From assembly GCA_964415795.1 (NCBI GenBank), contig CAYQBN010000004.1, forward strand, positions 35,144 to 99,143: a stretch of 64,000 nt of DNA. Reading direction: 5' to 3'. The DNA is from an uncultured Spirochaetales bacterium. GTDB taxonomy: Bacteria > UBP6 > UBA1177 > JAKLFG01. Shown piece by piece: positions 42,715 to 52,576 of this stretch (position 1 is the stretch's first letter; every line of letters starts with the position of its first letter). The translations under genes were made by a program, and so were the position numbers. A model generated the notes under the pieces. The model was not told the DNA's origin. It did not search any database and worked only from the letters and a program-made list of their open reading frames with translations.

Positions 42715-44744
42715 GCATCACGATAACGATAGACGGCAAGAGATTCACCGCCGAAAAAGGCGAGACCATTCTCAAAGTCGCCGAGCGGAACGGCATCGCC
42801 ATTCCGACGCTCTGTTTCAGCGAGAAGGTCACCAAGAACACCGCATGCTTCGTGTGTGTCGTCAAAGACCTCAAGACAGGACGCTTCGTCCCCTCTTGCG
42901 CCATGGAGGTGACCGACGGCATGGAAGTCGCCTCCGACGTACCGGAAGTTCGCGAAATGCGGCTCACGGCGCTCAATCTCATTCTCTCGGAGCATCGCGG
43001 CGACTGCGAAGCACCCTGCACGATAGCCTGTCCGGCGCATGCTCAGGTCGAAGAGTATGTTCGCGAAGGGCGTAAGGGAAACTTTCTCGAGGCGCTTAAG
43101 ATCATCAAACAGCGCATCCCGCTTCCCCTCTCGATCGGCCGCGTCTGCCCGCGTTTCTGCGAGAAAGATTGCCGCCGCAATGTCGTCGACAAAGAGGCGG
43201 TCGCCATCAATGACTTCAAGCGGCTCGCCGCTGACCTCCACTATGATTCGTACCTCGAGGATCTGCCGCCGCTTACCGGCAAAAAGGTCGCTGTGGTCGG
43301 CGCCGGTCCCGCCGGTCTCTCGGTCGCTTATTTCCTGCGTCTGAACGGCGTGGCAAGCGACCTCTACGACAAGATGCCAGCGGCAGGCGGCATGCTCCGC
43401 TACGGTATCCCCGAGTACCGCCTCCCCAAAGCGATCCTCGACAAGGAGATCGCTCATTTCACCAAAATGGGTGGCATTTCGTTCATATTCAACAAAAAGA
43501 TCGGGAAAGACCTCTCTCTGGACGACCTCAAAAAGAAATACGACGCGATCGCCATCACCGTCGGCTCATGGAAATCGAGCGCGGCCGGGGTTGAGGGAGA
43601 GGAACTCACCATCGGCGGCATCCAGTTCCTCGAAAAGATAGCCCGCGCCGGCTGGAAAGGCGACAATCCCGGCAAGACGATCGTCATCGGCGGCGGCAAC
43701 ACGGCGATGGACTGTCTGCGCACCTCGGTCCGCCTCGGCTCGAAGGATGTCACCTGCTTCTACCGCCGCACCGAGGCCGAGATGCCTGCCGAAAAGATAG
43801 AGATCCACGAGGCGAAGGAGGAAGGAGTAAAGTTCGAGTTCCTCGTCGCGCCGGTAAGACTGCGCCGCGAGAACGGGAGACTCGTCCTCACGAGCCAACG
43901 GATGAAACTCGGTGAACCGGACGCATCAGGACGCCGTAAGCCGATACCGATCCCCGGGTCGGAGTTCGATACCGTCGCCGACACCGTCATTGCGGCGATC
44001 GGCCAAAAAACGGTGGTTCCTCTCGGCATCAAGGCGACCAAGTGGGGCGATGTGGAGGTCAACAAGGATGACTGCCGCATGGAGGGAGCGGTCTTCGCGG
44101 CGGGCGACTGCGTGAGCGGCCCGGCCACGGTCGTCGAGGCGGTCGCCGGCGGACGGCGGACGGCGTTGTCGATCCTTGCGCACCTCGCGGGACAGCCTTT
44201 CAAGGAACCCTATCTTCTCAATGTCTCCCGCGGCAAATGGCAGAGCCTCGCGAAAGACGATCTTGTGTTCCTCAAAGAACCGCCCGAACGGAAACGGACA
44301 CCGCAACGGCTCATCCCGATAAAAGAACGAACTGCCACCTTCAAAGAGGTCGCCTTCACCTTCACGCCTGAAGAGATCAAAAAGGAGGGCGAACGCTGTA
44401 TCGAATGTTCCTGCACCGCCAAGGGTGACTGTTTGCTCAAGAAGCACAGTGAGACCTATGTCGCCAAACCGGAGGCGATCGTTGGAGAAAAGCCGAAGTT
44501 CGGTTACGATGCGCGTCACCCCGAGATCATCCTCGACCGTGGCAAATGCATCAAGTGCGGCATCTGTGTCAAGGTGTGTTCCGAGGTCGTGAACCAAAAC
44601 CTCCTCGGTTTCAAGTTCCGCGGTTTCGCGACCCGCATCGACACCGCCTTCTCACGCCCGCTCCCCTCGCCGCTCTGCCGCGATTGCGGGAAATGCATCG
44701 AGGAATGCCCGGTCGGTGCCCTCGATTGGAAGGTAAAGAAATAG
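42711..44744 (+). CDS. fusion of NuoG-type N-terminal [2Fe-2S] domain, GltD/NfnB-like NAD(P)H flavin oxidoreductase and C-terminal 2x[4Fe-4S] ferredoxin domains
   Basis: Start ATG 42711 with AAAGGAGG RBS; ATGA-style overlap with the preceding gene. CFVCV...C 2Fe-2S. Dinucleotide-binding KKVAVVGAGPAGLSVAYFL. Ferredoxin motifs CIKCGICVKVC and CRDCGKCIEECP. The ORF-track upstream extension (42252) is rejected. Confidence 0.7.
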   Translation: MSITITIDGKRFTAEKGETILKVAERNGIAIPTLCFSEKVTKNTACFVCVVKDLKTGRFVPSCAMEVTDGMEVASDVPEVREMRLTALNLILSEHRGDCEAPCTIACPAHAQVEEYVREGRKGNFLEALKIIKQRIPLPLSIGRVCPRFCEKDCRRNVVDKEAVAINDFKRLAADLHYDSYLEDLPPLTGKKVAVVGAGPAGLSVAYFLRLNGVASDLYDKMPAAGGMLRYGIPEYRLPKAILDKEIAHFTKMGGISFIFNKKIGKDLSLDDLKKKYDAIAITVGSWKSSAAGVEGEELTIGGIQFLEKIARAGWKGDNPGKTIVIGGGNTAMDCLRTSVRLGSKDVTCFYRRTEAEMPAEKIEIHEAKEEGVKFEFLVAPVRLRRENGRLVLTSQRMKLGEPDASGRRKPIPIPGSEFDTVADTVIAAIGQKTVVPLGIKATKWGDVEVNKDDCRMEGAVFAAGDCVSGPATVVEAVAGGRRTALSILAHLAGQPFKEPYLLNVSRGKWQSLAKDDLVFLKEPPERKRTPQRLIPIKERTATFKEVAFTFTPEEIKKEGERCIECSCTAKGDCLLKKHSETYVAKPEAIVGEKPKFGYDARHPEIILDRGKCIKCGICVKVCSEVVNQNLLGFKFRGFATRIDTAFSRPLPSPLCRDCGKCIEECPVGALDWKVKK

Positions 44745-44751
44745 GATTTGT

Positions 44752-44779
44752 TTGACAACGGCGCATTCCTCGCTATAAA
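44752..44779 (+). promoter_or_regulatory. sigma70 promoter for tRNA-Ala (TTGACA-16-TATAAA)
   Basis: Near-consensus hexamers about 15 nt upstream of the tRNA 5' end. Confidence 0.55.
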
Positions 44780-44794
44780 AGGGCGCAAGTGCGT

Positions 44795-44870
44795 GGGGCT
44801 GTAGCGCAGTTGGGAGCGCGCTAGAATCGCACTCTAGAGGTCACCGGTTCGATCCCGGTCAGCTCCACCA
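44795..44870 (+). tRNA. tRNA-Ala (anticodon CGC), G3:U70 identity pair present
   Basis: Hand-folded. Acceptor GGGGCTG/CAGCTCC with G3-T70 wobble. Anticodon loop AUCGCAC. T-loop TTCGATC. Encoded CCA. Confidence 0.85.
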
Positions 44871-44894
44871 CTTCTTTTTCCTCGCTTTTACTCC

Positions 44895-44923
44895 TTGCAA
44901 AGTCGTTCGCTCCCCGCTATAAG
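44895..44923 (+). promoter_or_regulatory. sigma70-like promoter for the urocanase-like gene (TTGCAA-17-TATAAG)
   Basis: Located between tRNA-Ala and the hutU-like start; followed by a GAGGAGAGAG RBS. Confidence 0.45.
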
Positions 44924-44960
44924 TGCCGGGTGAGTGTCCATGAACAGAGGAGAGAGCATC

Positions 44961-46994
44961 ATGATGAGTAACCAAGAGATCGCAAGCGCCATGACGGTGC
45001 AGTTGGACGCGGTACTGCCGTCTGCGCCCACATTTGATCCACGTATCCGGCGTGCCCCCAAGCGTGAGCTTACCCTCAGCAAGAAAGAGATCACCCTTGC
45101 CCTCAGGAACGCACTTCGCTATGTACCGGAGGAACTGCACGAGACGCTCGCACCCGAATTCCTCGACGAACTGCTCACTCGAGGCCGCATCTACGGTTAC
45201 CGTTTTCGTCCTCAGGGACGCATCTGGGGAAGACCGATAGAGGAATACCGAGGCAACTGCATCGAAGGGAAGGCCTTTCAAGTAATGATAGACAACAATC
45301 TCGACTTCGAGATCGCCCTCTATCCCTATGAACTCGTCACCTATGGCGAAACCGGGCAAGTCTGCCAGAACTGGATGCAGTACCGACTCATCAAGAAGTA
45401 CCTCGAGGTCTTGACGCGCGAACAAACGCTTGTCATCCACAGCGGGCATCCGCTGGGTCTTTTCAAGTCGAAACCCGACGCCCCGCGCGTCATCACGACC
45501 AACGGCCTCATGGTAGGACTGTTCGATAACCCTGCCGATTTCAACCGCGCCGCAGCGCTCGGGGTGGCCAACTACGGCCAGATGACCGCCGGCGGCTGGA
45601 TGTATATCGGGCCGCAAGGCATCGTGCACGGCACCTACAATACGCTACTCATCGCCGGACGGCTCAAACTCGGCGTACCAAGCGATGAGAATCTCTCGGG
45701 GAAACTCTTCGTTTCGTCGGGACTCGGCGGGATGAGCGGGGCACAGGGAAAGGCCTGTTGGATCGCTGGCGGCGTCGCCGTCATCGCCGAAGTTGACCAG
45801 AGCCGCATCGAAACGCGCCACTCTCAGGGATGGGTCACCCATGTCACCGGAACGGCGAAAGAGGCGTTCGATCTGGCGATTGGCATGACGAAGAAAAAGG
45901 AACGAGCGGCGATAGCGTTCCACGGGAACATCGTCGACCTCCTCGAATACGCGGTAAAAGAAAAGGTCGCGATAGATCTCCTTTCTGACCAGACCTCGTG
46001 CCACGCGGTGTACGAGGGCGGCTATTGTCCGCAGGGACTCACCTTCGCGGAACGCACCGAACTGCTTGGAAAGGACAAGCCGAAGTTCATCGAGATGGTG
46101 AACCGGAGCCTCCGCCGCCACTTCGAGCTCATCAAAACGCTCACCGGACGCGGCACCTACTTCTTCGACTACGGCAACTCGTTCATGAAGGCGGTCTTCG
46201 ACGCGGGGGTGAAGGAGATAGCACGCAACGGCATCAATACCTACGATGGCTTCATCTGGCCCAGTTATGTCGAGGATATCCTCGGACCGGAACTTTTCGA
46301 CTACGGTTACGGCCCCTTCCGCTGGGTTTGCCTGTCAGGGAAGGAAGAAGATCTCGTCAAGACCGACGCGGCGGCGGCGGAATATATCAAGAACTGCCGC
46401 AACCCGCTCCGCTATCAGGATCGCGACAATTACCTCTGGGTACGCGACGCGATGAAGAACAAACTGGTCGTCGGCACCAAGGCACGGATACTCTATCAGG
46501 ATGCGTGGGGACGCACCGCGATCGCTCTCAAGTTCAACGAGATGGTGCGCAAGGGCGAGGTCGGCCCCATAATGCTCGGACGCGATCACCACGACACCGG
46601 CGGCACCGACAGCCCGTTCCGCGAGACCTCGAACATCAAGGACGGGTCGAATGTGATGGCCGACATGGCGACCCATATTTTTGCCGGGAACGCAGCGCGC
46701 GGCATGAGCCTCGTCGCGCTCCACAACGGCGGCGGCGTCGGCATCGGCAAATCGATAAACGGCGGCTTCGGCATGGTGCTCGACGGCTCGGAGCGAGTGG
46801 ATAACATCCTCAAAACGGCGATGCCGTGGGATGTCATGGGGGGCGTCGCGCGCCGTGCGTGGGCCCGCAATGAGCATGCCATAGAGACGAGCATCCTCTA
46901 CAACCGCGAGAATGCGGGCCTCGACCATATCACCCTCCCCTTTGTTCCTAACGAAGAACTCATCGAGAAGACGGTCGCCGCAAAGGTGAAGTGA
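44961..46994 (+). CDS. hutU: urocanate hydratase-like protein (long, ~677-aa form)
   Basis: Urocanase core motifs (GGMSGAQGKA, NAD-binding fold, GRDHHDTGGTDSPFRETSNI) preceded by an N-terminal extension of about 110 aa. Start chosen at the ATG after the RBS (44961); the ORF-track GTG at 44934 is rejected. No hutH/hutI/hutG nearby. Confidence 0.7.
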   Translation: MMSNQEIASAMTVQLDAVLPSAPTFDPRIRRAPKRELTLSKKEITLALRNALRYVPEELHETLAPEFLDELLTRGRIYGYRFRPQGRIWGRPIEEYRGNCIEGKAFQVMIDNNLDFEIALYPYELVTYGETGQVCQNWMQYRLIKKYLEVLTREQTLVIHSGHPLGLFKSKPDAPRVITTNGLMVGLFDNPADFNRAAALGVANYGQMTAGGWMYIGPQGIVHGTYNTLLIAGRLKLGVPSDENLSGKLFVSSGLGGMSGAQGKACWIAGGVAVIAEVDQSRIETRHSQGWVTHVTGTAKEAFDLAIGMTKKKERAAIAFHGNIVDLLEYAVKEKVAIDLLSDQTSCHAVYEGGYCPQGLTFAERTELLGKDKPKFIEMVNRSLRRHFELIKTLTGRGTYFFDYGNSFMKAVFDAGVKEIARNGINTYDGFIWPSYVEDILGPELFDYGYGPFRWVCLSGKEEDLVKTDAAAAEYIKNCRNPLRYQDRDNYLWVRDAMKNKLVVGTKARILYQDAWGRTAIALKFNEMVRKGEVGPIMLGRDHHDTGGTDSPFRETSNIKDGSNVMADMATHIFAGNAARGMSLVALHNGGGVGIGKSINGGFGMVLDGSERVDNILKTAMPWDVMGGVARRAWARNEHAIETSILYNRENAGLDHITLPFVPNEELIEKTVAAKVK

Positions 46995-46997
46995 CCG

Positions 46998-47795
46998 TCA
47001 ATATCCCCGGATAAAGAGCAGGAGCGCGACGCCGACGAAGAAGAGGCCAAGAAGGCGGCGGATACGGTTGGAGTGGCTCTGGACCGTCCAGCGGGCGCCG
47101 ACCATCGAGCCAAGTGCCGCCATGAGAGCGCCTAACAGCATGAAATTCCAAGGAACGCTCGCGTGAGAAAGGCGGCTCGTGAAACCGCCGATGCCGGTCG
47201 CGAAGGCAAGGAAAGAACTTGTCGCGATAGCCGCCTTGACAGGGAATCGAAGGATGACCACCATGAGCGGAAGCATCACGATACCACCACCGATCCCTAC
47301 CATGCCCCCAAAGAGACCCGAAAGAAACGCGATCGGCACCGCAAGCGGCAGATCGACGACAACCCGTTCCCCTGCTATCGTCCGTTCGAAACACAACCGA
47401 CGGCCGATGAAAGGAGACTCGTAACAGCCCTCGCGAATGTCGGAAAAGGCAAGGTGCATCCCATTGATGAGCAAAAAGAACGAAAAGAGACCAAGGAGCA
47501 CCGGTTCGGGAATAAGCCCGGCACTCCATCCACCGAGCATACTTCCTATGAAAGAGAAGAAAGCGATCGTTCCCACGACCACCCAGTCTATCAGCCCCGC
47601 CCTCAGATACACTATCCCCGACGAGATCGACGTGACCGCGATGAGGAAAAGGCTCACCGTCGCCGCTTCGTTGAAGGAGACTCCCATGAACAGCTGTATC
47701 GGTGTATAGACCGCGCCACCACCTACTCCGAACATGCCGAACAGCACAGAAAAAAGGAGGAAGAGCACCAAGGCGACGAGATGTGGAACGGTCAT
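46998..47795 (-). CDS. TSUP-family (TauE/SafE) membrane permease
   Basis: 8-TM protein with duplicated GxGGG motifs (FGVGGGAVY / VGIGGGIVM). Confidence 0.7.
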   Translation of the reverse strand: MTVPHLVALVLFLLFSVLFGMFGVGGGAVYTPIQLFMGVSFNEAATVSLFLIAVTSISSGIVYLRAGLIDWVVVGTIAFFSFIGSMLGGWSAGLIPEPVLLGLFSFFLLINGMHLAFSDIREGCYESPFIGRRLCFERTIAGERVVVDLPLAVPIAFLSGLFGGMVGIGGGIVMLPLMVVILRFPVKAAIATSSFLAFATGIGGFTSRLSHASVPWNFMLLGALMAALGSMVGARWTVQSHSNRIRRLLGLFFVGVALLLFIRGY

Positions 47796-49045
47796 GGCCG
47801 CTCCTTGGCGAGCGTATGGGTCCGGCGCACCTCGACGATCGCATCGAGGAGGGCGTCGGCAAGCGCCTCCTGATAAGCGAGCTTGCGCATCAGATCGCGC
47901 TCTTTCGGGTTGCTGAGATAACCGATCTCGACGAGCAGAGAGGGCATCCGGGCACCAACCAGCACAAAAAAGAGGGCGCCGCGTTGCCAGCCGCGCAGGC
48001 GCACATCAAACTTCGGCAACGTTTTTTCGAGACGGATCCCGAAAGCGTCGGCGAACTTACGCGAGTCCTCGGTATAGAAACTCATCGTCATATCAACGAG
48101 GATCGTGTTGAGAAGCGAGCTATCGTTCGTTATCTGGTTCTCGACCCGCGCCAGCTTGTCAGTATACTCATCGCTTCGGTTGTCGAGGTGATAGATCTCC
48201 ACCCCGCCGATCGTCGGATCGCTGTAGGCGTTCGTATGGAGCGATACGAACAAGTCACCATTCTGACGATTCGCGATGATCGCCCGCTCCTCAAGTGGCA
48301 CGAAGCGATCGTCGTTCCGAGTAAGCACCACGGTAATGTCGGGATAACGCACCGCAGCGCGTTTGCGGATCGTTCGCGCGAAAGAAAGGACGACATCCTT
48401 CTCGGCGATCCCTTTCCGCAATGCACCGGGATCCTTGCCGCCATGCCCCGGATCCAGCACGAGAACGAACGGCCGCTTTGGCGGCTTCGACGGCTTCGGG
48501 ACCGTCTTTGGCTCAGCCGCGGTGGAGGGAACGGCAACCTTTTTTTCCGGCATGAGGATGGGACGCTGAGGCTCGGCAGGAACCGTCTCGTCGGGCGGCG
48601 GTCCACCGATGTAGTCTATGACGATGCGCCACGGATCATCGAGCACAATCACATTGTATTTCTCCACCGCGCCGATGTCGAAGACGATGCGGATCCCCTC
48701 AGGTCGCTTCCCCAGTCTGATCCCCTTGAGAAAGCCACCGCTCTCTATCTTCGGAAGGATGAACCCTTCCGCGGTCGTTCCTCCCCGTAAGTCGACATAG
48801 ATGCGGTCCTTCCCCTCCCCGACGAGGAGATCATATTTGAACTCGACCTTCTCGCTCGGCACGATGACCACCCGGACCGCATCCTTGGAAGGATACAACG
48901 ATATTTCCTTCAACCGAGGCGTTGCGGCTTTCTGAGCAATAATATCCCCGAGAGAAGAGTTAGCACGATCCATCTCAGCAGCATCGAGTGCAAAAAAGAA
49001 GAAAAAGGAAATCACGACCCCCGGTAGTACGCAACGCATCCTCAA
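47792..49045 (-). CDS. N-acetylmuramoyl-L-alanine amidase (Amidase_3, AmiC-like) with N-terminal AMIN-type domain
   Basis: VLDPGHGGKDPGA...SLHTNAY...GVEIYHL zinc-amidase motifs. Signal peptide. Start overlaps the upstream OMP gene stop. Confidence 0.75.
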   Translation of the reverse strand: MRMRCVLPGVVISFFFFFALDAAEMDRANSSLGDIIAQKAATPRLKEISLYPSKDAVRVVIVPSEKVEFKYDLLVGEGKDRIYVDLRGGTTAEGFILPKIESGGFLKGIRLGKRPEGIRIVFDIGAVEKYNVIVLDDPWRIVIDYIGGPPPDETVPAEPQRPILMPEKKVAVPSTAAEPKTVPKPSKPPKRPFVLVLDPGHGGKDPGALRKGIAEKDVVLSFARTIRKRAAVRYPDITVVLTRNDDRFVPLEERAIIANRQNGDLFVSLHTNAYSDPTIGGVEIYHLDNRSDEYTDKLARVENQITNDSSLLNTILVDMTMSFYTEDSRKFADAFGIRLEKTLPKFDVRLRGWQRGALFFVLVGARMPSLLVEIGYLSNPKERDLMRKLAYQEALADALLDAIVEVRRTHTLAKERP

Positions 49046-50427
49046 AACCCGTATGATGCCGCGAATCCGAGACCAAAAAGAAGCTCGGAGCGATATGCTC
49101 CATGAGTCCCAACCATACGATCGAGCCGATAGCCGTTCCCCAAGCGGGCTGACACTGACATATAATCGCTTATCCGAAACGAGAGTAACGCGGAGAGGAG
49201 CGAACGGGTTCCAGTGACATCGAAGAATCCGCCGTGTCCCGCATCGGCCCGCGTGAAGAAGAGCGACAAACGGAACCGCTCGAACAGTGCGAGGTCACCA
49301 AAGAGGTTCACCCCGAAGCGGCCCTTGCGAACGCCGCCTGCCTCAATGTCGAGGTATTCGTTCCACTCGAATGATCCGCCGATGGCAAAAAGGCCAGTTA
49401 TGTGGAGGACGGCGTCGCCATACCAACCGGTGTACCACGGACCGCTTCCGAGGAGTGATGAGGTGTGCACCCGATATTTGGTCTCGTCGAAGGCGTAATA
49501 CTCGCGCTCTATGTCGTAAAAGGTCCCGAAATACTGTGGAGAATAGTTCCGCTCGTACACCCGTCCTTCGAGTGTCGTATCGAGGTGGATCTCATCGTCG
49601 GGAAGCGGTATCGTGAAACAATTTTTGAATCCGACATGAATGCCGTTCCCGGCAAACCGCAAAAGATTCCAGTCGACATAGGGCGTCGCGTGCCACCAGC
49701 GAAAGGCGGCGATGCGAAACGACGCATCGAGTCCTACCGCCGAATCGAACACACGGTCTATGTGGCGATCCCCCTCGAGGTCGCGCGTTATCTCCTCCGG
49801 CATGAAGATATCGGAGAGCCAAGTCACCCCTAGTTCAAAATTATTGAGATACGACTCTTTTTCGACGAAACTCCACGGCTTGAGGGAGACACGACCCCCG
49901 ACGACCTCCGGTGGCGTGACATCGTTCGTGAACAGCTCTCCCCCTGCCCAATCGGTTTGGAGGAGCGCATAGATGCCGCGGCTCGGACGATCGAGGCGTA
50001 TCTCGTTGAAGTAGCCGCCGAGGAGCGTCCCGTGACCAAGGTAGCGGTTTTCATGCGGTCCGAAATAGAGGTACACCTCGTCGCCGGGATGACCGTAGTA
50101 CGCAGAGGTCACAAGCCGAACATAGTCGCGTACCTCGTCCCAATCGTAGGTCGGCATTCCCATTACGGTATCGGTGTCATCGTTCTTGTCGTAAACGAGC
50201 CACCGGAGCGGCACGAGAAAGCCGAAGCCAGCCGGCTCCCAGCGAAAGTCACCGAAGAGAGAAACCCCAAAGAGTTCATCGTCGTACTCATGGGAGAACC
50301 CGGCAGAACCACCGATGGTCTTTCGCTCATCGAAGCGTTCGAGCGGACGGTCGAAATCGAAGTCGACGGCATAGAGAAATGTCGCTGTCGTTATCAAAAG
50401 AAGGCCGAGTGCACCCCTCATCGGCAC
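49042..50427 (-). CDS. putative outer-membrane beta-barrel protein (signal peptide, C-terminal Phe)
   Basis: MPMRGALGLLLITTATFLYA signal. Aromatic-rich alternating pattern. Terminal ...LGFAASYGF. Confidence 0.45.
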   Translation of the reverse strand: MPMRGALGLLLITTATFLYAVDFDFDRPLERFDERKTIGGSAGFSHEYDDELFGVSLFGDFRWEPAGFGFLVPLRWLVYDKNDDTDTVMGMPTYDWDEVRDYVRLVTSAYYGHPGDEVYLYFGPHENRYLGHGTLLGGYFNEIRLDRPSRGIYALLQTDWAGGELFTNDVTPPEVVGGRVSLKPWSFVEKESYLNNFELGVTWLSDIFMPEEITRDLEGDRHIDRVFDSAVGLDASFRIAAFRWWHATPYVDWNLLRFAGNGIHVGFKNCFTIPLPDDEIHLDTTLEGRVYERNYSPQYFGTFYDIEREYYAFDETKYRVHTSSLLGSGPWYTGWYGDAVLHITGLFAIGGSFEWNEYLDIEAGGVRKGRFGVNLFGDLALFERFRLSLFFTRADAGHGGFFDVTGTRSLLSALLSFRISDYMSVSARLGNGYRLDRMVGTHGAYRSELLFGLGFAASYGF

Positions 50428-50442
50428 CTCGCTGCGGAAAGG

Positions 50443-51375
50443 TTAGAAGAGGATCTTGATGATGCTCGTGGCGCGGCGCGCCTTGAGCCAGTTCTCGAAA
50501 GCCTTGTTCTGATTCATCTGGTAAAACATGAATCGCAACTTGTCCCGCACCTCCTCAAATGGCGGTGGATCGTTCCGTTCGGCCTTTTCGAGCCGCGCGA
50601 TGTGCCATCCGAACTTGGTACGGAAGGGACGCGAGATCTGTCCCGCCGCGAGTTCAGCGACCTTTTCGGAGAACTTGGGATCCATCTCTCCGAAACGGAA
50701 ACTCGGCAGATGTCCTCCCTGAGCAGAAGAAGGATCCTCGCTCCACCGTTTCGCCGCCTCCTCGAAGGACAATTCTCCCGCAGTAATGGCACGATATATG
50801 TCGCTGATGCGCTCGTACACCTCGGCATCGCCCTGAGGCGAGTCCACGCGCAAGAGGATGTGCGACGCCGTGTAGAGAACTCCCCCCGAAAAATGACGCT
50901 TGTAGAGGTCCCGAAGTGTCGTCTCGTCCACATCGAGCGTCGCCATCGCGATATCGCGTTTCAGCGAGAGAACCTCGAGCTGTTTGCGAAGCACCTCGTT
51001 CCGATAGGTCTCCCATGATACCCCTTGGGCCGTTATCTCCTCTTTCAATTTATCGACCGTGATACCGTTCTGCTCGGCGACATTCTCAATAGCCCGGTCG
51101 AGCTCTGTGTCGCCTACCGTGATGCTACGCCGCTTTATCTCTTGTTTTACGAGACGATCGGCAATAAGGCGGTCAGCCGCATCCGTGCGGTGAGCTGCTA
51201 TCTCTCGATCACTGACTCCATCCGGCGCATTGGGCGCTATCTCGCGCTTGACCTCGTAGAGTGTTATGAAGTCGTCATTGACGATGATCGCGATGGTATT
51301 GAGTAACCTCTCACCGGCGAGGACCGGACCCCACCCCAGAAAAATCGTCACGAAGAAAACAAAGAACGGCATCAA
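50443..51375 (-). CDS. SurA-like periplasmic chaperone / parvulin-type PPIase
   Basis: SurA N-terminal domain plus one PpiC domain (ASHILLRV...GGHLPSFRFGEMDPKFSEKV...FGWHIARL). Confidence 0.65.
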   Translation of the reverse strand: MMPFFVFFVTIFLGWGPVLAGERLLNTIAIIVNDDFITLYEVKREIAPNAPDGVSDREIAAHRTDAADRLIADRLVKQEIKRRSITVGDTELDRAIENVAEQNGITVDKLKEEITAQGVSWETYRNEVLRKQLEVLSLKRDIAMATLDVDETTLRDLYKRHFSGGVLYTASHILLRVDSPQGDAEVYERISDIYRAITAGELSFEEAAKRWSEDPSSAQGGHLPSFRFGEMDPKFSEKVAELAAGQISRPFRTKFGWHIARLEKAERNDPPPFEEVRDKLRFMFYQMNQNKAFENWLKARRATSIIKILF

Positions 51376-51380
51376 TTCCC

Positions 51381-52454
51381 TTACTTCTGAGGAGCCTTCT
51401 CTGCCGGCGGCACCGGGGCTACCGGCTTGGGAAGAGCCGCGGGAGCCGGAGCATTCGGCGCCGGTATCGGCGGACGGCCCTTATCGAATTCCTGCGTGCT
51501 CTTCTCGATGTTCTCGGGAACACCAAGATCAAGTTTCGCGAGCGCCTCTTTGTTGAACTTGAAACCGAGGCTCTTCTTGATGTTCTCAAGCATCTCGTCA
51601 TTCATCCCCTTCCTCTTCTCGGCCTTGAGGGTGGCCTCGATGCGCGCCTTGACCTCTTCGAAGGTCTTTTCGCTCTTTTCGCGACGTGCAGTCAACTTGA
51701 TGATGTGGAAACCGAACGGCGACTCGACGATGTCGCTAACATCCCCGACATTCTTGAGCGCAAAGGCGGCATCGGAGAACTCCTTGGCCATGCGGCCGCC
51801 TTCTTCGGTCCGCTCGAAGAAACCGACATCGCCTCCACGCCGCTTGCTTCCCTCATCTTCAGAGTATTTCTCGGCGATCTGATTGAACGAGTTGGGATCG
51901 CTTGCCTTCTTCTTCACCTCGACAAGGATCTTCTTGGCCTGCGCCAGTTTCGCCTCGCGATCACCCTGCTTGCTCTTATCGAACTTGATGAGGATGTGAC
52001 TCGCCTTGACCTTCTCAGGCTGTACATATTCCTTCTTGTGTTCTTCGAAGTACTTCTTCATCTCCTCGTCAGAAATCTTGATCGTGCTCTCGATCTCTTT
52101 CTGGAGCGTGACACTCTGGTAGTGACGCGAAATGGTGGACTTGAGCTTGGTAAGGAGGACCGGATCATTCAATGCACCCTTCTTAAGCGCCTCGCGGGCG
52201 AGGATCTCGCCTTCGAGTATCTTAGCAACGAGTTCCTCTTTCTTCTCTGGCGAGTTGTACCGCGCCTTGAGATAAGGATTGAGCTGATCGATATATGCCT
52301 TGAGATACTGGTCGGTTATCTTCACGCCATCGAACTCGGCAATGACCTCACCGCCGCTTGCGGGAAAAAGGTCAATGCTGCCCGAAGAACCCTTACAACC
52401 GACCATCAGAATCGTGAACACTGATACCACGACAAAGAGAGCCGCTTTCCTCAT
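51381..52454 (-). CDS. PpiC/PrsA-type parvulin PPIase lipoprotein with Pro/Ala-rich C-terminal tail
   Basis: Lipobox LMVGC. Parvulin motifs ASHILIKF...GGDVGFF...FGFHIIKL. AAGGAGG RBS. Confidence 0.65.
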   Translation of the reverse strand: MRKAALFVVVSVFTILMVGCKGSSGSIDLFPASGGEVIAEFDGVKITDQYLKAYIDQLNPYLKARYNSPEKKEELVAKILEGEILAREALKKGALNDPVLLTKLKSTISRHYQSVTLQKEIESTIKISDEEMKKYFEEHKKEYVQPEKVKASHILIKFDKSKQGDREAKLAQAKKILVEVKKKASDPNSFNQIAEKYSEDEGSKRRGGDVGFFERTEEGGRMAKEFSDAAFALKNVGDVSDIVESPFGFHIIKLTARREKSEKTFEEVKARIEATLKAEKRKGMNDEMLENIKKSLGFKFNKEALAKLDLGVPENIEKSTQEFDKGRPPIPAPNAPAPAALPKPVAPVPPAEKAPQK

Positions 52455-52576
52455 GACTCATACCTCCTTATTTTTCTTACAGTTACCGGAATCTCCCTTT
52501 CTGCCATCACACCTAGTGAACGCGCTTTCTTCTAGTGCAAAAGAAAGACCCTGTCAAGGATATCGGTACGTTTCAC

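Noticed and set aside
52525-52547. Inverted repeat CTTTCTT-N9-AAGAAAG downstream of the M23 peptidase gene, as a possible intrinsic terminator.
   Set aside because: AT-rich 7-bp stem without a following U-tract on the transcribed strand; weak.
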